From an uncultured Oligoflexus sp. (lineage in GTDB: Bacteria; Bdellovibrionota_B; Oligoflexia; Oligoflexales; Oligoflexaceae), in the NCBI GenBank assembly GCA_964236955.1, contig CAXSGP010000005.1:1-64000 (forward strand): a DNA stretch of 64,000 nucleotides. The letters run 5' to 3'. This document shows, piece by piece, positions 39,055 to 50,174 of the stretch. The position numbers and the translations under genes were made by a program. Under the pieces are notes generated by a model. That model was given only the letters and a program-made list of their open reading frames with translations. It did no database searches and had not been told where the DNA came from. How positions within the stretch are numbered: position 1 is the stretch's first letter; every line of letters begins with the position of its first letter.

Positions 39055-40200
39055 ATGAATCAGCGCAATGTCTTTGATGGCAGCCTGACATCCGAATTTG
39101 ATCCTTCAGGAATTGAACGCAGTTCACTGTTCGCGGGAGGTTCCTTGCGTCAGGTCTTTAGTGAAATTGTTGGCAAGAGCGATGTAATGGAAGCAGTTCT
39201 CCAAACTGTGGGGAAGATAGCCCGCTCCGAAGCGCCCGTCCTTATTCGAGGCGAAAGCGGAACGGGAAAAGAACTCATTGCCAAAGCGCTGCATAGGATG
39301 TCGAGCCGCGCAAGCAAGCGCTTAATATCTATAAACTGTTCTGCAATTCCTGATACTTTGTTGGAATCAGAACTGTTCGGTAGTGTTAAGGGAGCCTTCA
39401 CAGGCGCCGATAAAACCCGCAAGGGCTATTTTGAAGAAGCGAATGGTGGCACACTTTTCCTCGACGAAATCGGGGATATGCCGCTCACCCTTCAGTCAAA
39501 GCTCCTAAGGGTTCTTCAAGAGAAAAAATTTGTTCCTATCGGGTCGACTGAACCTCGACATGCCGATGTTCGCATCATAACCGCGACCAATGTCGATCTG
39601 GACGATGCTGTAGGCAAACAAAAGTTTAGAAACGATCTTTATTATCGCCTCAATGTCTTGCCCATTCTCCTGCCGCCTTTGCGTGAACGTAAGGGTGATG
39701 TGAGACTTTTGCTTGATCACACGCTCAATCTTTTTAATATGACTCACGCTCTGAACAATCCTTGCTACTTTAACAACGAAGCCTATCAATGCCTCGAACG
39801 TTATAACTGGCCGGGAAACGTCAGAGAACTCATCAACCTCATCGAACGCCTCGTCGTTATGAGCGGTGGCGGTGAAATCGATATCCGCGCTTTGCCCAAT
39901 GAATATAAGACGGTTAAGGCCGGCGCCAGCGCTAAGGCCGTTGACACGTCCTTTTTCTATAGCGACGCGCCCCTAATCATGCCTGACCTGGCTTCAGTTG
40001 AACTCCTGCCGGCCCAGGGCCTAAATCTTGAGACCTACATCGAGCAGCTTGAGAATACATTGATCATGCAGGCACTCGAACGCACCGGAAACAATAAAAA
40101 CCAAGCGGCAAAGCTGCTCGGTTTGAATCGGACGACCCTGGTCGAACGGATTAAAAAAAGAAAGCTTGTCCCACTCAACGCCCCTTCTAAAGAACTTTAA
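39055..40200 (+). CDS. Sigma54-dependent enhancer-binding protein (FleQ/FlrA-like core) lacking a recognisable N-terminal input domain
   Basis: GESGTGKE, ESELFG, GAFTGA, LFLDEIG, WPGNVREL, Fis HTH AAKLLGLNRTTL. Confidence 0.93.
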   Translation: MNQRNVFDGSLTSEFDPSGIERSSLFAGGSLRQVFSEIVGKSDVMEAVLQTVGKIARSEAPVLIRGESGTGKELIAKALHRMSSRASKRLISINCSAIPDTLLESELFGSVKGAFTGADKTRKGYFEEANGGTLFLDEIGDMPLTLQSKLLRVLQEKKFVPIGSTEPRHADVRIITATNVDLDDAVGKQKFRNDLYYRLNVLPILLPPLRERKGDVRLLLDHTLNLFNMTHALNNPCYFNNEAYQCLERYNWPGNVRELINLIERLVVMSGGGEIDIRALPNEYKTVKAGASAKAVDTSFFYSDAPLIMPDLASVELLPAQGLNLETYIEQLENTLIMQALERTGNNKNQAAKLLGLNRTTLVERIKKRKLVPLNAPSKEL

Positions 40201-40207
40201 GACAAAA

Positions 40208-40232
40208 GCTGCCGTCTCTCAAGGACGGCAGC
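40208..40232. terminator. Hairpin between convergent bEBP and frr
   Basis: GCTGCCGTC-tctcaag-GACGGCAGC. Confidence 0.7.
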
Positions 40233-40271
40233 CTCATTACGAACCAAACTTTTGCATTTTGAAGTCAAGAC

Positions 40272-40826
40272 CTAAACAGTCATGACTTCTTTTTCTTTTT
40301 TAGCCATCTTGTCATCGAGAACCTTGATAAAGGAATCGGTGATTTTTTGTACTTCTTCCTGCATACGCTTGGCTTCGTCCTCGGTAACGACCTTATCTTT
40401 CTCTTCTTTCTTCACTTCTTCATTGATATCTCGACGGATATGGCGTATCGAGATTTTCGCGTCCTCTCCCATCTTTTTCAGCTGCTTCACGATATCCTTA
40501 CGACGTTCTTCATTGAGCTGAGGAATCGGCACCCGCACGACGACACCATCGGAGTTCGGCTGCAATCCAAGATCGGCCTTCATGATCGACCGTTCAATCT
40601 CTTGAATAAGCTTTTTCTCAAAGGGTGAAATCAAGATCGTTCGGGCGTCTGGCGTCGATAGCGTGGCTACCTGATTCAAAGGACTAGGCGTGCCATAATA
40701 ATCAACCTTGACATTGTCGAGGATGCTGATCGACGCGCGACCCGTACGGATCTTGGTCAAATCCTTATCGAAGCCAGCGATTCGAGTGTTCATTTCGTTT
40801 TTACATTTTTCGATAAGTGCAGTCAT
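40272..40826 (-). CDS. frr: Ribosome recycling factor
   Basis: IRTGRAS, DYYG, LNEERRK. Confidence 0.98.
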   Translation of the reverse strand: MTALIEKCKNEMNTRIAGFDKDLTKIRTGRASISILDNVKVDYYGTPSPLNQVATLSTPDARTILISPFEKKLIQEIERSIMKADLGLQPNSDGVVVRVPIPQLNEERRKDIVKQLKKMGEDAKISIRHIRRDINEEVKKEEKDKVVTEDEAKRMQEEVQKITDSFIKVLDDKMAKKEKEVMTV

Positions 40827-40865
40827 ATCATTTACCTCTTCTTCTGCGTCTGCTTTTTCAGTATT

Positions 40866-41582
<717 letters not shown>

Positions 41583-41723
41583 TTATTGCCTCGTCACAAA
41601 GACTGCTGCGGTTGGTCTTTTCTTATCCACAAAAGTATACACGGGCTGTTTCAAAAGACCGAGACTTACTCTTACAAAGTCGCCGAACCTGGACCTTTGA
41701 GGATGGCAACCCTAAAATGAAAC

Positions 41724-41749
41724 AAGCCCCGAAGTGTCCTTCGGGGCTT
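41724..41749 (-). terminator. Intrinsic terminator after tsf
   Basis: AAGCCCCGAAG-N4-CTTCGGGGCTT then GTTTCATTTT on the minus strand. Confidence 0.7.
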
Positions 41750-41758
41750 ATTATTCAA

Positions 41759-42655
41759 TTAACGAAGAACGGCAGCTACTTCATCCGCGAAGTTTTCTTT
41801 CTTCTTCTCGATGCCTTCACCGAGCTTGAAGAGATGAAAAGCTGTCAGCTGAGCGCCTTTGCCTTTTTCCGCAACAACTTGCTTAATCGACTGGCCAGGA
41901 TCCTTCACAAAACCCTGTTCGATCAAAACAATCTCTTTGTAGAACTTGTTGATTTGACCAACTAGGATTTTTTCCCACATGTTTTCCGGCTTGCCTTGCT
42001 CAAGTAGAGCTTTACGGCCCAGTTCCTTCTCAGTTTCGATTTCCGATGCTTCGACTTCTTCGCTCTTCAGATAGCGAGGACCAGCCGCCGCCGCGTGCAT
42101 TGCTATATCTTTGCCAAGATCTTGAATATCCTGGCCTTCCGCGCCGTCAAGAAGAACGAGAGAACCGATTTTACCACCCATGTGGGTATAAGCGGAAACT
42201 GTTCCTTTGGCGGTCGTGAGGAGACCCAGACGCCGTATTTTCATGTTTTCGCCAAGCTTCGCAATCAGGGTCGTCAGACGGCCACCAACGGTTTCGCCAT
42301 CGGCAAGCTTCATGACTTTCAGGGCCTCGACATCGCTTACTTTTTGAGAGAGGGCCAACTTCGAAACATCGTCTGCAAATTTGACGAAATCCTCATTCTT
42401 ACTTACGAAGTCTGTCTCACAGTTGAATTCTACGACAACACCCGTGTGGTGGTCAGAACTCACGGCGATCTTGACGATGCCTTCTGCGGCTATGCGATCA
42501 GCTTTTTTCGCAGCGCGTGAAAGGCCGCGCTCACGGAGCCAAAGGACCGCTTTGTCCAAGTCGCCTTGGTTTTCTTCAAGAGCTTTCTTACATTCCATCA
42601 TGCCGACGCCGGTTTTCTCGCGAAGATCTTTAACCATGCCTGCTGTAATTGTCAC
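41759..42655 (-). CDS. tsf: Elongation factor Ts
   Basis: VKDLREKTGVGMMECKKAL, NCETDFV. Confidence 0.98.
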   Translation of the reverse strand: MTITAGMVKDLREKTGVGMMECKKALEENQGDLDKAVLWLRERGLSRAAKKADRIAAEGIVKIAVSSDHHTGVVVEFNCETDFVSKNEDFVKFADDVSKLALSQKVSDVEALKVMKLADGETVGGRLTTLIAKLGENMKIRRLGLLTTAKGTVSAYTHMGGKIGSLVLLDGAEGQDIQDLGKDIAMHAAAAGPRYLKSEEVEASEIETEKELGRKALLEQGKPENMWEKILVGQINKFYKEIVLIEQGFVKDPGQSIKQVVAEKGKGAQLTAFHLFKLGEGIEKKKENFADEVAAVLR

Positions 42656-42842
42656 GATAATCCTCCTGAATCAAAAAAGGCTGGAAGCCATCAATTTGAG
42701 CGTTGCAAAGGCTTAAGGTTCACCTTGGATCCCTGACATTGCACACTTTTTTGGTCGGCCTCAGATATTTAGAAAATATGAGTCAACAATAATGAGATGC
42801 GAAGGTGAGGCCTAAAAGGTAACTTTGCGGCCCCTTCGTCAA

Positions 42843-43637
42843 CTAACGTTTTTCAACGGCAACCTGGTTGCCTTTGTCATCGCGGAAGCTGCCTTCTTTG
42901 ACCTGAACGATACGATCGGCTGGCTTCTCATCGGAGTTGCGCTCGCCTTTGGAACGGATTTTACCTTCGGCACAGGCTTGAGCTGCGGTCGAGATAAAGA
43001 GTTCAAGAGAGCGAAGGCTATCGTCGTTACCTGGGATCGGATAGTCGATCATGGTCGGATCAGCATTGGTGTCGGCGATAGCGACGACTGGGATACCCAG
43101 GCGTTTCGCTTCCAGGATTGCTATCGTTTCCTTATGGGCATCGACAATGAAGATTGCCGAAGGAAGACCGGGCATATCCTTGATCCCGCCTAGAACGAGA
43201 TCAAGTTTTTCACGTTCACGGGTCAGGTTCAGAACTTCTTTTTTGGTCAGTTTCAAGAAGGTTCCGTCTTGAGACATTTTTTCGATTTTACGCAAACGGT
43301 GAATAGATTGACGGATGGTTTGGAAGTTGGTGAGAGTTCCACCCAACCAGCGGTGATTGATAAAATATTGGCCAGTACGGCGCGCTTCGTCTTGAACGAG
43401 ATCACGGGCCAGACGCTTGGTACCTACAAATAGAACATGGCCGCCTTTAGCAGACGTGGCTTCAAGGAAGTCACAGGCCTTTTGAAACATCTTGACGGTT
43501 TTTTGCAGATCGATGATGTGGATGCCGTTACGCTGACCAAAGATATAGGGTCCCATCTTTGGGTTCCAGCGACGGGTTTGGTGACCATAGTGAACACCGG
43601 CTTCGAGTAACTGCTTCATGTTGACGGTAACTGACAT
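42843..43637 (-). CDS. rpsB: 30S ribosomal protein S2
   Basis: [34 protein letters not shown]. Confidence 0.99.
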   Translation of the reverse strand: MSVTVNMKQLLEAGVHYGHQTRRWNPKMGPYIFGQRNGIHIIDLQKTVKMFQKACDFLEATSAKGGHVLFVGTKRLARDLVQDEARRTGQYFINHRWLGGTLTNFQTIRQSIHRLRKIEKMSQDGTFLKLTKKEVLNLTREREKLDLVLGGIKDMPGLPSAIFIVDAHKETIAILEAKRLGIPVVAIADTNADPTMIDYPIPGNDDSLRSLELFISTAAQACAEGKIRSKGERNSDEKPADRIVQVKEGSFRDDKGNQVAVEKR

Positions 43638-43812
43638 TTAAAAACCCCTTGAAGGTTGTACGTCGAGAGCAGGTGCAAACGTAATCCTATGATTTCATTT
43701 GACTGACAGCCGCTGGCTGACCTTCGTTGCCCACTCTCTGTTTAATTGCGAAAGCTTTGAAAAAAGCCACAGGACTTTATCGCTGAAATTGCAGAAGAAC
43801 AAGTACATTCAA

Positions 43813-44382
43813 TCAAGCGTCAGGCAACTTCAAGTTTTTTAGCATGGCAAATGGACTTATATCGATATCCTTTTCATCCTTGTAAACAAGAGGCGTCTCC
43901 ACATTATCTAAACAGATAAGGCAGGATTTTCCATCTTTATTCAAAACGATAAGCCGTGTGGGCAAAGCCGTTTGAACAATGTCATTGATAACCATCTCGA
44001 CATCGAGTTCGCCCTTTTCATCAAGATAGTAGGTATCCAGATCCTCCGGCACGAGGTCGCGTTCGACTTCATCGTCGTCGTCCATACCTTCGATTTCAAA
44101 GCTCGACTCAGCCGCGACCCGATCGATGAAGCGCACGCTGATGTCTTTGTTGATAGGCCAAGGGATCTCTTTTTGACAACGACTGCAGCTTACCAAAGGC
44201 ACGTATTCGATTTTGCCTTCGACGGTATAAAGACCGTAGGCTTCCGGCTTAATAGTGAGCTGACCCTTCAGGCCATAAGCTGCGTTGCCTAAAAAAGATG
44301 CATATATTTCGTTTAACCAGGCCTCAGTGCCATCGATTTGTATATTTTTCGATTCGCGCATGTCTTTTACTAAGACCTTCAT
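43813..44382 (-). CDS. yceD: YceD/DUF177 family protein
   Basis: CSRC motif, acidic middle, ELDVEMVI, SPFAMLKNLK C-terminus; start reassigned to 44382. Confidence 0.82.
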   Translation of the reverse strand: MKVLVKDMRESKNIQIDGTEAWLNEIYASFLGNAAYGLKGQLTIKPEAYGLYTVEGKIEYVPLVSCSRCQKEIPWPINKDISVRFIDRVAAESSFEIEGMDDDDEVERDLVPEDLDTYYLDEKGELDVEMVINDIVQTALPTRLIVLNKDGKSCLICLDNVETPLVYKDEKDIDISPFAMLKNLKLPDA

Positions 44383-44598
44383 AGTCACCCCAACTTCATA
44401 AAACGACGGACCCCCTCTTCTACTCCTGGTCCTAATGTCTTGCAAGCCTTTGTGAATACTGGGTTCTTTGCCTTCTTTAATTTAAAAAATCCTATCAAAA
44501 TAAAGGCTTACAATAAATTCTTACACTTTTTTGACTTAGCACCGATTACGATAACGACCTAAAGCGGATCCTATATTAGGAACGGGACCAATAGTCTC

Positions 44599-46113
44599 AT
44601 GACCAAGCGTTGGAATGTACATCACGGCAGCGAAAATCTCGGCCTAAAGACGGCCAAGGAGATTCGTGAGGCCTTGCGTAAAGGGACACTGGATCCCTTC
44701 GACAAGGTGTCGGCTGAGGGCTCCAATATCCGCGAAGACCTCATTGAAGTTGACGAAATTTTTAAAGAAACTCAAGACGAGGACGACTCGGTCCCGGCGC
44801 AGGGCATGAGGGTATCGGAGCTAAGCCACGGCACCAATTCGGGGACCGGAACCGGGACTACGATCGCCCTGGCGACGGGTCCGGTACGCCCCGCCAATTC
44901 CGGATCCGGCAGTGGTGCAGGAAGCGGGATAAATACTGGAATGAATCCCTCAAAATCGCGCGTAGGGCCGCCTCCAAACTTTTCGGCAAGCTTCGCCGCG
45001 GATCCTAACCAGCCCCGTACGAATCCTCCACCGACGACGGCAGGGGGAGTACCTCTATCCTGGCGTACCGATCAAAGCGCTGACTTTCGGGAGCAGGTCG
45101 ATTCCAAGTCCAATCAAAAACGTTACTATCTTATTGATAAGAGTAAGATTCTTGGCCCGCTCAGCGGTCTGGAAATCCAGTCTCTCTATAATCGCGGCGT
45201 TTTGGGCGCAAAAGTGAAGGTACAACGTATAGGCGGCACACGCTCAATTCCTGTGGCCCAATTTATTGCCAGCTATTCCGAAGATCGCCTGAAGGAATTG
45301 ACCGAAGATGGCAAACTCAACCAAAAGGTCAGCAGCCCATCTTCTAAGGTTCTCAATGAGCTGTCACGTGTGGCCAATGCACAAAAGATTGCCCAAGGCC
45401 GGAAAAACAAGACCTATCTGATAATGCTGCTCTCCGGTTTGATACTTGGCGTGCTGCTGTTTGTCGTTGTCGATTCAAGTCGCTCGTCGAAACGATCCGA
45501 CGACCGCGACAAAGATGACGGCCGACGCGGCAGCCGCCCAAAACTTTTGCAACAGTCCCCCAATGAAGGCCTGGATGACAATGAGGATGAGGGGTCATCA
45601 CCGCGTCGGTCCCCTAAAGCAAACCGCGCGTCTCCGCCATCGCCCAAAGCGAATCGACCTGCGGTGAAACCAGAGCCCGTGCTGGTGGAACGCCCCAGCA
45701 AAGCGCCTGCAAAACCGCCCAAAAAGTCGCCGGCCGTGGCCCCAGCAGCTTCCGCTCCAGCGGCAGCTCCTCTTGTTGTTAAGGCTCCACCGACCAAAAC
45801 GGTAGCGCCCGTGACAACTCCGGCGCCTAAAAAAGTCGTCGACAAGGAGGGGGCCATCGCCCGAGCGGTAAACTCCAACGCCCGCAGTATTCAAAAGATT
45901 GGACCATTGAGCTTTTCGATGGGAGCATTGGATTCGTGCCCCAGCAAATGCTCGCTTGTCTTTAGAGACTTGACCGGTGCGACAATCAAAGCCGTATTTT
46001 TCAAAAGCGCCTACTACGAACAGCTTAAGAAATCCAGTGGAAGTGTATATTTGACAGGAAATGCCCGCAGGGAAGGTGGCGAAGCGACTATCTTCATTCA
46101 AGACATCCAATAA
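44599..46113 (+). CDS. Bitopic membrane protein with two GYF_2-like domains, Pro/Ala-rich linker and small C-terminal domain
   Basis: W....GSENLGLKT..EI...L..G.L and YY.....ILGPLSGLEI..LY..G.L repeats; one TM; PAK-rich linker. Confidence 0.7.
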   Translation: MTKRWNVHHGSENLGLKTAKEIREALRKGTLDPFDKVSAEGSNIREDLIEVDEIFKETQDEDDSVPAQGMRVSELSHGTNSGTGTGTTIALATGPVRPANSGSGSGAGSGINTGMNPSKSRVGPPPNFSASFAADPNQPRTNPPPTTAGGVPLSWRTDQSADFREQVDSKSNQKRYYLIDKSKILGPLSGLEIQSLYNRGVLGAKVKVQRIGGTRSIPVAQFIASYSEDRLKELTEDGKLNQKVSSPSSKVLNELSRVANAQKIAQGRKNKTYLIMLLSGLILGVLLFVVVDSSRSSKRSDDRDKDDGRRGSRPKLLQQSPNEGLDDNEDEGSSPRRSPKANRASPPSPKANRPAVKPEPVLVERPSKAPAKPPKKSPAVAPAASAPAAAPLVVKAPPTKTVAPVTTPAPKKVVDKEGAIARAVNSNARSIQKIGPLSFSMGALDSCPSKCSLVFRDLTGATIKAVFFKSAYYEQLKKSSGSVYLTGNARREGGEATIFIQDIQ

Positions 46114-46231
46114 GCCAACTCACTCTCAAATTATGACAGACTCCGTACTTGACCCGTTCTTCATGAAACGGTAATAGGGTAGGTTCTTAAATGGAACGTA
46201 ACATCGCCCGCGATGATAAGGAGTCATTCAT

Positions 46232-46450
46232 ATGCCAGTACCAAAAAGACGCACGTCAGCCTCCAAACGTGATAAACGCCGCTCTCACCACGCTATCAAA
46301 TTAGGCGGACTCTCGGTTTGTTCAAACTGCAGCACGGTAAAACATCCTCACAGCATCTGCGAAGCCTGCGGCCATTACCGAGGCAAGCAATGGCTTGAGC
46401 CTAAGCAGTTGAATAAGTTGGAAGCTGGATTCGCTACTGGCGGAGAATAA
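46232..46450 (+). CDS. rpmF: 50S ribosomal protein L32 (zinc-ribbon type)
   Basis: MPVPKRRTS..KRDKRRSH, CSNC...CEACGHY. Confidence 0.97.
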   Translation: MPVPKRRTSASKRDKRRSHHAIKLGGLSVCSNCSTVKHPHSICEACGHYRGKQWLEPKQLNKLEAGFATGGE

Positions 46451-46453
46451 CCG

Positions 46454-47389
46454 ATGCAAACGCTAGCCATGTTCCCTGGGCAAGGAAGCCAGTATGTGGG
46501 CATGGGGCAGAAGCTTCTCGAAGCTTTCCCCGCGGCGAAGGCGATATTTGAAGAAGCAGAGGACGCTTCCAAAGTTGCTATTCGACGATTATGCCTTGAA
46601 GGTCCAGAGGACGAACTCAAACTTACCGCTAACACCCAACCCTGTCTTCTCACAGTAAGCGTAGCCTATTGGCAGGTTTTGCGGGATGAATTGGGCCTCG
46701 ATTTTAAGTACTTCGCTGGTCACAGTCTGGGCGAATATTCGGCACTTGTCGCCGCCGGTAAACTAAGCCTGGCGCGCGCAGCATTCCTCGTAAAACAACG
46801 TGGCGAAGCTATGCAGCGAGCCGTCGCTCCAGGGGTGGGCTCGATGGCCGCGATTATGAAGATGCCTAGCGACCAGCTTGAGGCTCTTTGCTCAAAGCAT
46901 TCGACGTCCAGCACCAGCGTCGTCGAACTCGCTAACTACAATAGTGACGCTCAACTCGTCGTTGCTGGCCACAAAGAAGCCGTGAAGGCACTTTGCGCCG
47001 AAGCTGCAACAGTAGGCGCCCGCTGCATTGAATTAGCCGTCAGCGCGCCTTTTCATTCGAGCCTCATGCAGCCTGCTCGAATTTTTATGGCTCCGCTCCT
47101 CTCTGACAGTAGCTTTCATAAAAACGAAACTGTCATTATTCCTAATATCAACGCTACTGAGGTTTCGGATTACGGTCCTAAATATCTCATCGAGCAGATC
47201 GATGGCCCGGTTCGTTGGATTCAATCGATTGAACAGGCAAGAGATCTGGGATTGACCCGCTTTATTGAAATCGGGCCTGGCAAAGTTCTGAATGGTCTCG
47301 TGAAACGCATCGTTCCAAAGGACGGTTTTACCATTCACTCTACTGACGATATCGTGGAGGCGATTGCCACTTTAAAACTCGAACTTTAG
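46454..47389 (+). CDS. fabD: Malonyl-CoA:ACP transacylase
   Basis: FPGQGSQ, GHSLGEY, VSAPFHS, EIGPG. Confidence 0.97.
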   Translation: MQTLAMFPGQGSQYVGMGQKLLEAFPAAKAIFEEAEDASKVAIRRLCLEGPEDELKLTANTQPCLLTVSVAYWQVLRDELGLDFKYFAGHSLGEYSALVAAGKLSLARAAFLVKQRGEAMQRAVAPGVGSMAAIMKMPSDQLEALCSKHSTSSTSVVELANYNSDAQLVVAGHKEAVKALCAEAATVGARCIELAVSAPFHSSLMQPARIFMAPLLSDSSFHKNETVIIPNINATEVSDYGPKYLIEQIDGPVRWIQSIEQARDLGLTRFIEIGPGKVLNGLVKRIVPKDGFTIHSTDDIVEAIATLKLEL

Positions 47390-47405
47390 ACGATTCCTGA
47401 AATAG

Positions 47406-47445
47406 AAAGAGCCGCTTCGATACGTTCGAAAGCGGCTCTTTTTTT
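47406..47445. terminator. Bidirectional intrinsic terminator
   Basis: AAAGAGCCGCT...AGCGGCTCTTTTTTT. Confidence 0.85.
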
Positions 47446-47535
47446 GTTGTCTGCGCCTTGCCACGACTATCGGTTCTTGGCAAGACCAGAAAGTTTCAGA
47501 AAGAAAGGGGCCCCAAGAGCCCTCCCCTCGATCGA

Positions 47536-49530
47536 TCAGCTCAAGCTATCGGCAACGATTTCTGCGATATCCCTGACCTGAACACTGGCTTCTTTTCCTT
47601 GGGATTTGATTCCGTCATTCATCATCGTCATACAGAAGGGACAAGCCGTAGCTACGGTCGAAGCACCGGTTGCTAACGCTTCTTTCGCCCTGTTTTCGTT
47701 GACGCGCTCGCCTATCGTTTCTTCGAGCCACATGCGACCGCCGCCAGCGCCGCAGCAAAAACCTTTTTCCTTGTTACGCGGCATTTCGGTCAGCTTCACG
47801 CCCGGAACCTGCAGCAGGGACTGCCGAGGCGCTTCATAGACCTGGTTGTGGCGGCCAAGGTAACAAGAATCATGGAAGGTGACTTCTTTCGCAGAGTCAG
47901 GAACTTCGGTCGATTTGATTTTGCCCGTTTTCACCAGGTCCGTGATCAGCTCGCTGTGGTGAATGACTTCGGCTTTAAAGCCAAAGTCCGGATATTCATT
48001 TTTGATCGTGTTGAAACAGTGAGGACACCCGGTCACGATCTTCTTCACATTGTATTTTTTCATCGTCGTGATGTTTTCCTGGATCTGCATATCGGCCAGA
48101 TATTCGTTGCCAAGGCGTCTTGCGGTATCACCGTTACAACGCTCTTCCGTACCCAGTATGGAGAAGCTCACATCGGCCTTGTCGAGTATCTTGGCAATCG
48201 ATTTGGAGACTTTGGTATAGCGATCATCGTAGCTACCCGCACAACCGACCCAAAAAAGATATTCGACGTCACTCTTCTCGGCCATCGTCGAAACATTCAG
48301 GCCTTTTGCCCAGTCGGCCCGGTTAGCAGGGCTAAAGGCCCATGGACTGCCGTTATTCTCAAGGTTACGAAAGGTCGCCTGAGCTTCCTCAGGAAACGCC
48401 CCCTCGGTCATAGTTAGGTAACGGCGCATATCAACGATAGCCGGAATGTGCTCGATATAGAGTGGACAAGCCTCCATACAGGCACCGCAGGTGGTGCAGG
48501 ACCAAAGCTCGTCGGGAGTCACAAAGCTGCCGCCGATAAGGGGACGATGCTCAGCCTCGGGCGTCGTCACATGATTAATAAGAGAGTACTTGATATCATG
48601 CATGATTTTACGGGGATCCAGCGGTTTACCAGTCGTATTGGCTGGACAAACTTCGGTGCAACGGCCGCATTCCACGCAGGTATAGGAATCAAGGAGCTGT
48701 TTCCAGGTGAATTCCTCGGGTTTGTGCACACCGAAGGACTCCGCGTTTTCATCGAAGATCATAGGACGGAGACGACCGCGAGGATGGTGATTGCGGAAAA
48801 AAATGTTAGGCCAGACCCAAATCAAATGCTGATGCTTCGAGTAGGGGAGAAAAGTCATGAATCCAAAAAGAACCAGACTGTGGGCCCAGAACATACCTTT
48901 ATCAAAGGCCACCCAATCGCTCACCATACCTGAAAAAATCGAGGCGAAAGCATTACCGAATGGAACGGAGCTGGCGGGAATGAGCCCCGCCTGCGCCCGC
49001 GAGCCAACGAGAATCAATGAGGTCGTAACAAGGGCCAGGATGAAAGCCAGGACGTACATCGCATCCACACGCGAGGCTTTTTCCAACCCCTGAAATCGTT
49101 TGGGAGGAAAGGTAAGGCGTCGCACGATCGCATAGACAATCGCCGCAAAGACGATGAAATTGCCAAAATCCTGCGACCATAGAAAGGCTCTGTAGGCAGC
49201 GCTTTTTTCACCCAGCAGCGCTCCAAAATGGAGGCCAGGAAAAATTCCAGAGATCAGGACCTCAGTCGTCCCGAGAGACACGATGACAAAGCCCCAAAAG
49301 ATAAGGGCATGCATGATGCCAGCAACGGGATCACGAAACATTTTTTCTTGAATAAAACCAAAACGCACGACCTCATAAATACGTCTGGGAAGGTTGGTTA
49401 ATCGATTTTCCTCTTTGCCTTTGCCAAACTCAAACCGCTTGGCAATTTTGAGAAGGTTCTTCCCAAAAAAACCAAATGTAGCGATTGCTAAGATCGCGAA
49501 TAAAACGTTCGGTAAGTAGCTCACCTGCAT
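47536..49530 (-). CDS. Membrane Fe-S oxidoreductase, FadF/heterodisulfide-reductase-like
   Basis: N-terminal TMs; CVECGRC..VCP and CTTCGAC..ACP ferredoxin motifs; CCG domains ([15 protein letters not shown]); start 49530. Confidence 0.92.
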   Translation of the reverse strand: MQVSYLPNVLFAILAIATFGFFGKNLLKIAKRFEFGKGKEENRLTNLPRRIYEVVRFGFIQEKMFRDPVAGIMHALIFWGFVIVSLGTTEVLISGIFPGLHFGALLGEKSAAYRAFLWSQDFGNFIVFAAIVYAIVRRLTFPPKRFQGLEKASRVDAMYVLAFILALVTTSLILVGSRAQAGLIPASSVPFGNAFASIFSGMVSDWVAFDKGMFWAHSLVLFGFMTFLPYSKHQHLIWVWPNIFFRNHHPRGRLRPMIFDENAESFGVHKPEEFTWKQLLDSYTCVECGRCTEVCPANTTGKPLDPRKIMHDIKYSLINHVTTPEAEHRPLIGGSFVTPDELWSCTTCGACMEACPLYIEHIPAIVDMRRYLTMTEGAFPEEAQATFRNLENNGSPWAFSPANRADWAKGLNVSTMAEKSDVEYLFWVGCAGSYDDRYTKVSKSIAKILDKADVSFSILGTEERCNGDTARRLGNEYLADMQIQENITTMKKYNVKKIVTGCPHCFNTIKNEYPDFGFKAEVIHHSELITDLVKTGKIKSTEVPDSAKEVTFHDSCYLGRHNQVYEAPRQSLLQVPGVKLTEMPRNKEKGFCCGAGGGRMWLEETIGERVNENRAKEALATGASTVATACPFCMTMMNDGIKSQGKEASVQVRDIAEIVADSLS

Positions 49531-49632
49531 GCTCCCTTGACATATGCTGTTCCTGAAGGACGGGGGTCTTCGACTGACATTGCTCAATAGTCCAAAATAT
49601 AGAGAGCTTACGGTGTTGTCGAGGCTGAAGCG

Positions 49633-49745
49633 AAAAAAAGCGGAGCCAACTCTCGTTTACGGCTTGGGCTGCAGCTGACGACTGTGTGGTTTGAGCGGCT
49701 TGCAAACCCTAAATGTGGGATTGAACTGCCTGCAGTTGGCTCTAT
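49633..49745 (-). ncRNA. Candidate ~110-nt small RNA or structured leader
   Basis: 9-bp closing stem GAGCCAACT/AGTTGGCTC, internal GGTTTG/CAAACC hairpin, U7 tail, CATAAT -10 upstream. Confidence 0.4.
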
Positions 49746-49784
49746 TCAGGACATTATGAATCCTGCAGCCTCTAACCTTGAGGT

Positions 49785-50174
49785 TTAGAAACTCTTCGTA
49801 CGCCCAGTAGCGTGTGAGTATTTGCGTTTGTCTTGAATTTTTAGTCCATTGCACACTTTGTGAAAAGCATTCTCACTTTGCCAGGCCTGCAGCATCATCC
49901 GGTGCGTTTCGTATTGAATTTTAGCTTCAAGACCCTCGCCTAACACGGCAATATACTGATCAAGCTTGGCAAGATAGTCAGGATGGGTAAGGGCTTCACG
50001 ATCCGCCTGGGAGCCTTTGCCCGCGACACTTTTCTTAATACTTTTTAGAACTTGAGGAAATAACTCAGCCAGCCGCGCCGCCACCTGTAGACTCTGTCGA
50101 CTCTGCTGCGCATGACGTCGTGCGCGCTCGGCAACTTCATCAGGATTTAGCTTGGGTTTTCGCTCTTGCTGCAT
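49785..50174 (-). CDS. Helical hypothetical protein resembling phage-encoded UvsY-like small proteins
   Basis: AGGAG RBS; ADREALTHPDY....and AWQSENA pattern. Confidence 0.6.
   Translation of the reverse strand: MQQERKPKLNPDEVAERARRHAQQSRQSLQVAARLAELFPQVLKSIKKSVAGKGSQADREALTHPDYLAKLDQYIAVLGEGLEAKIQYETHRMMLQAWQSENAFHKVCNGLKIQDKRKYSHATGRTKSF

Noticed and set aside
43640..43760. S2 autoregulatory leader upstream of rpsB
   Set aside because: Plausible by position and some pairing (GAAGG/CCTTC), but I cannot confirm the conserved motif by eye
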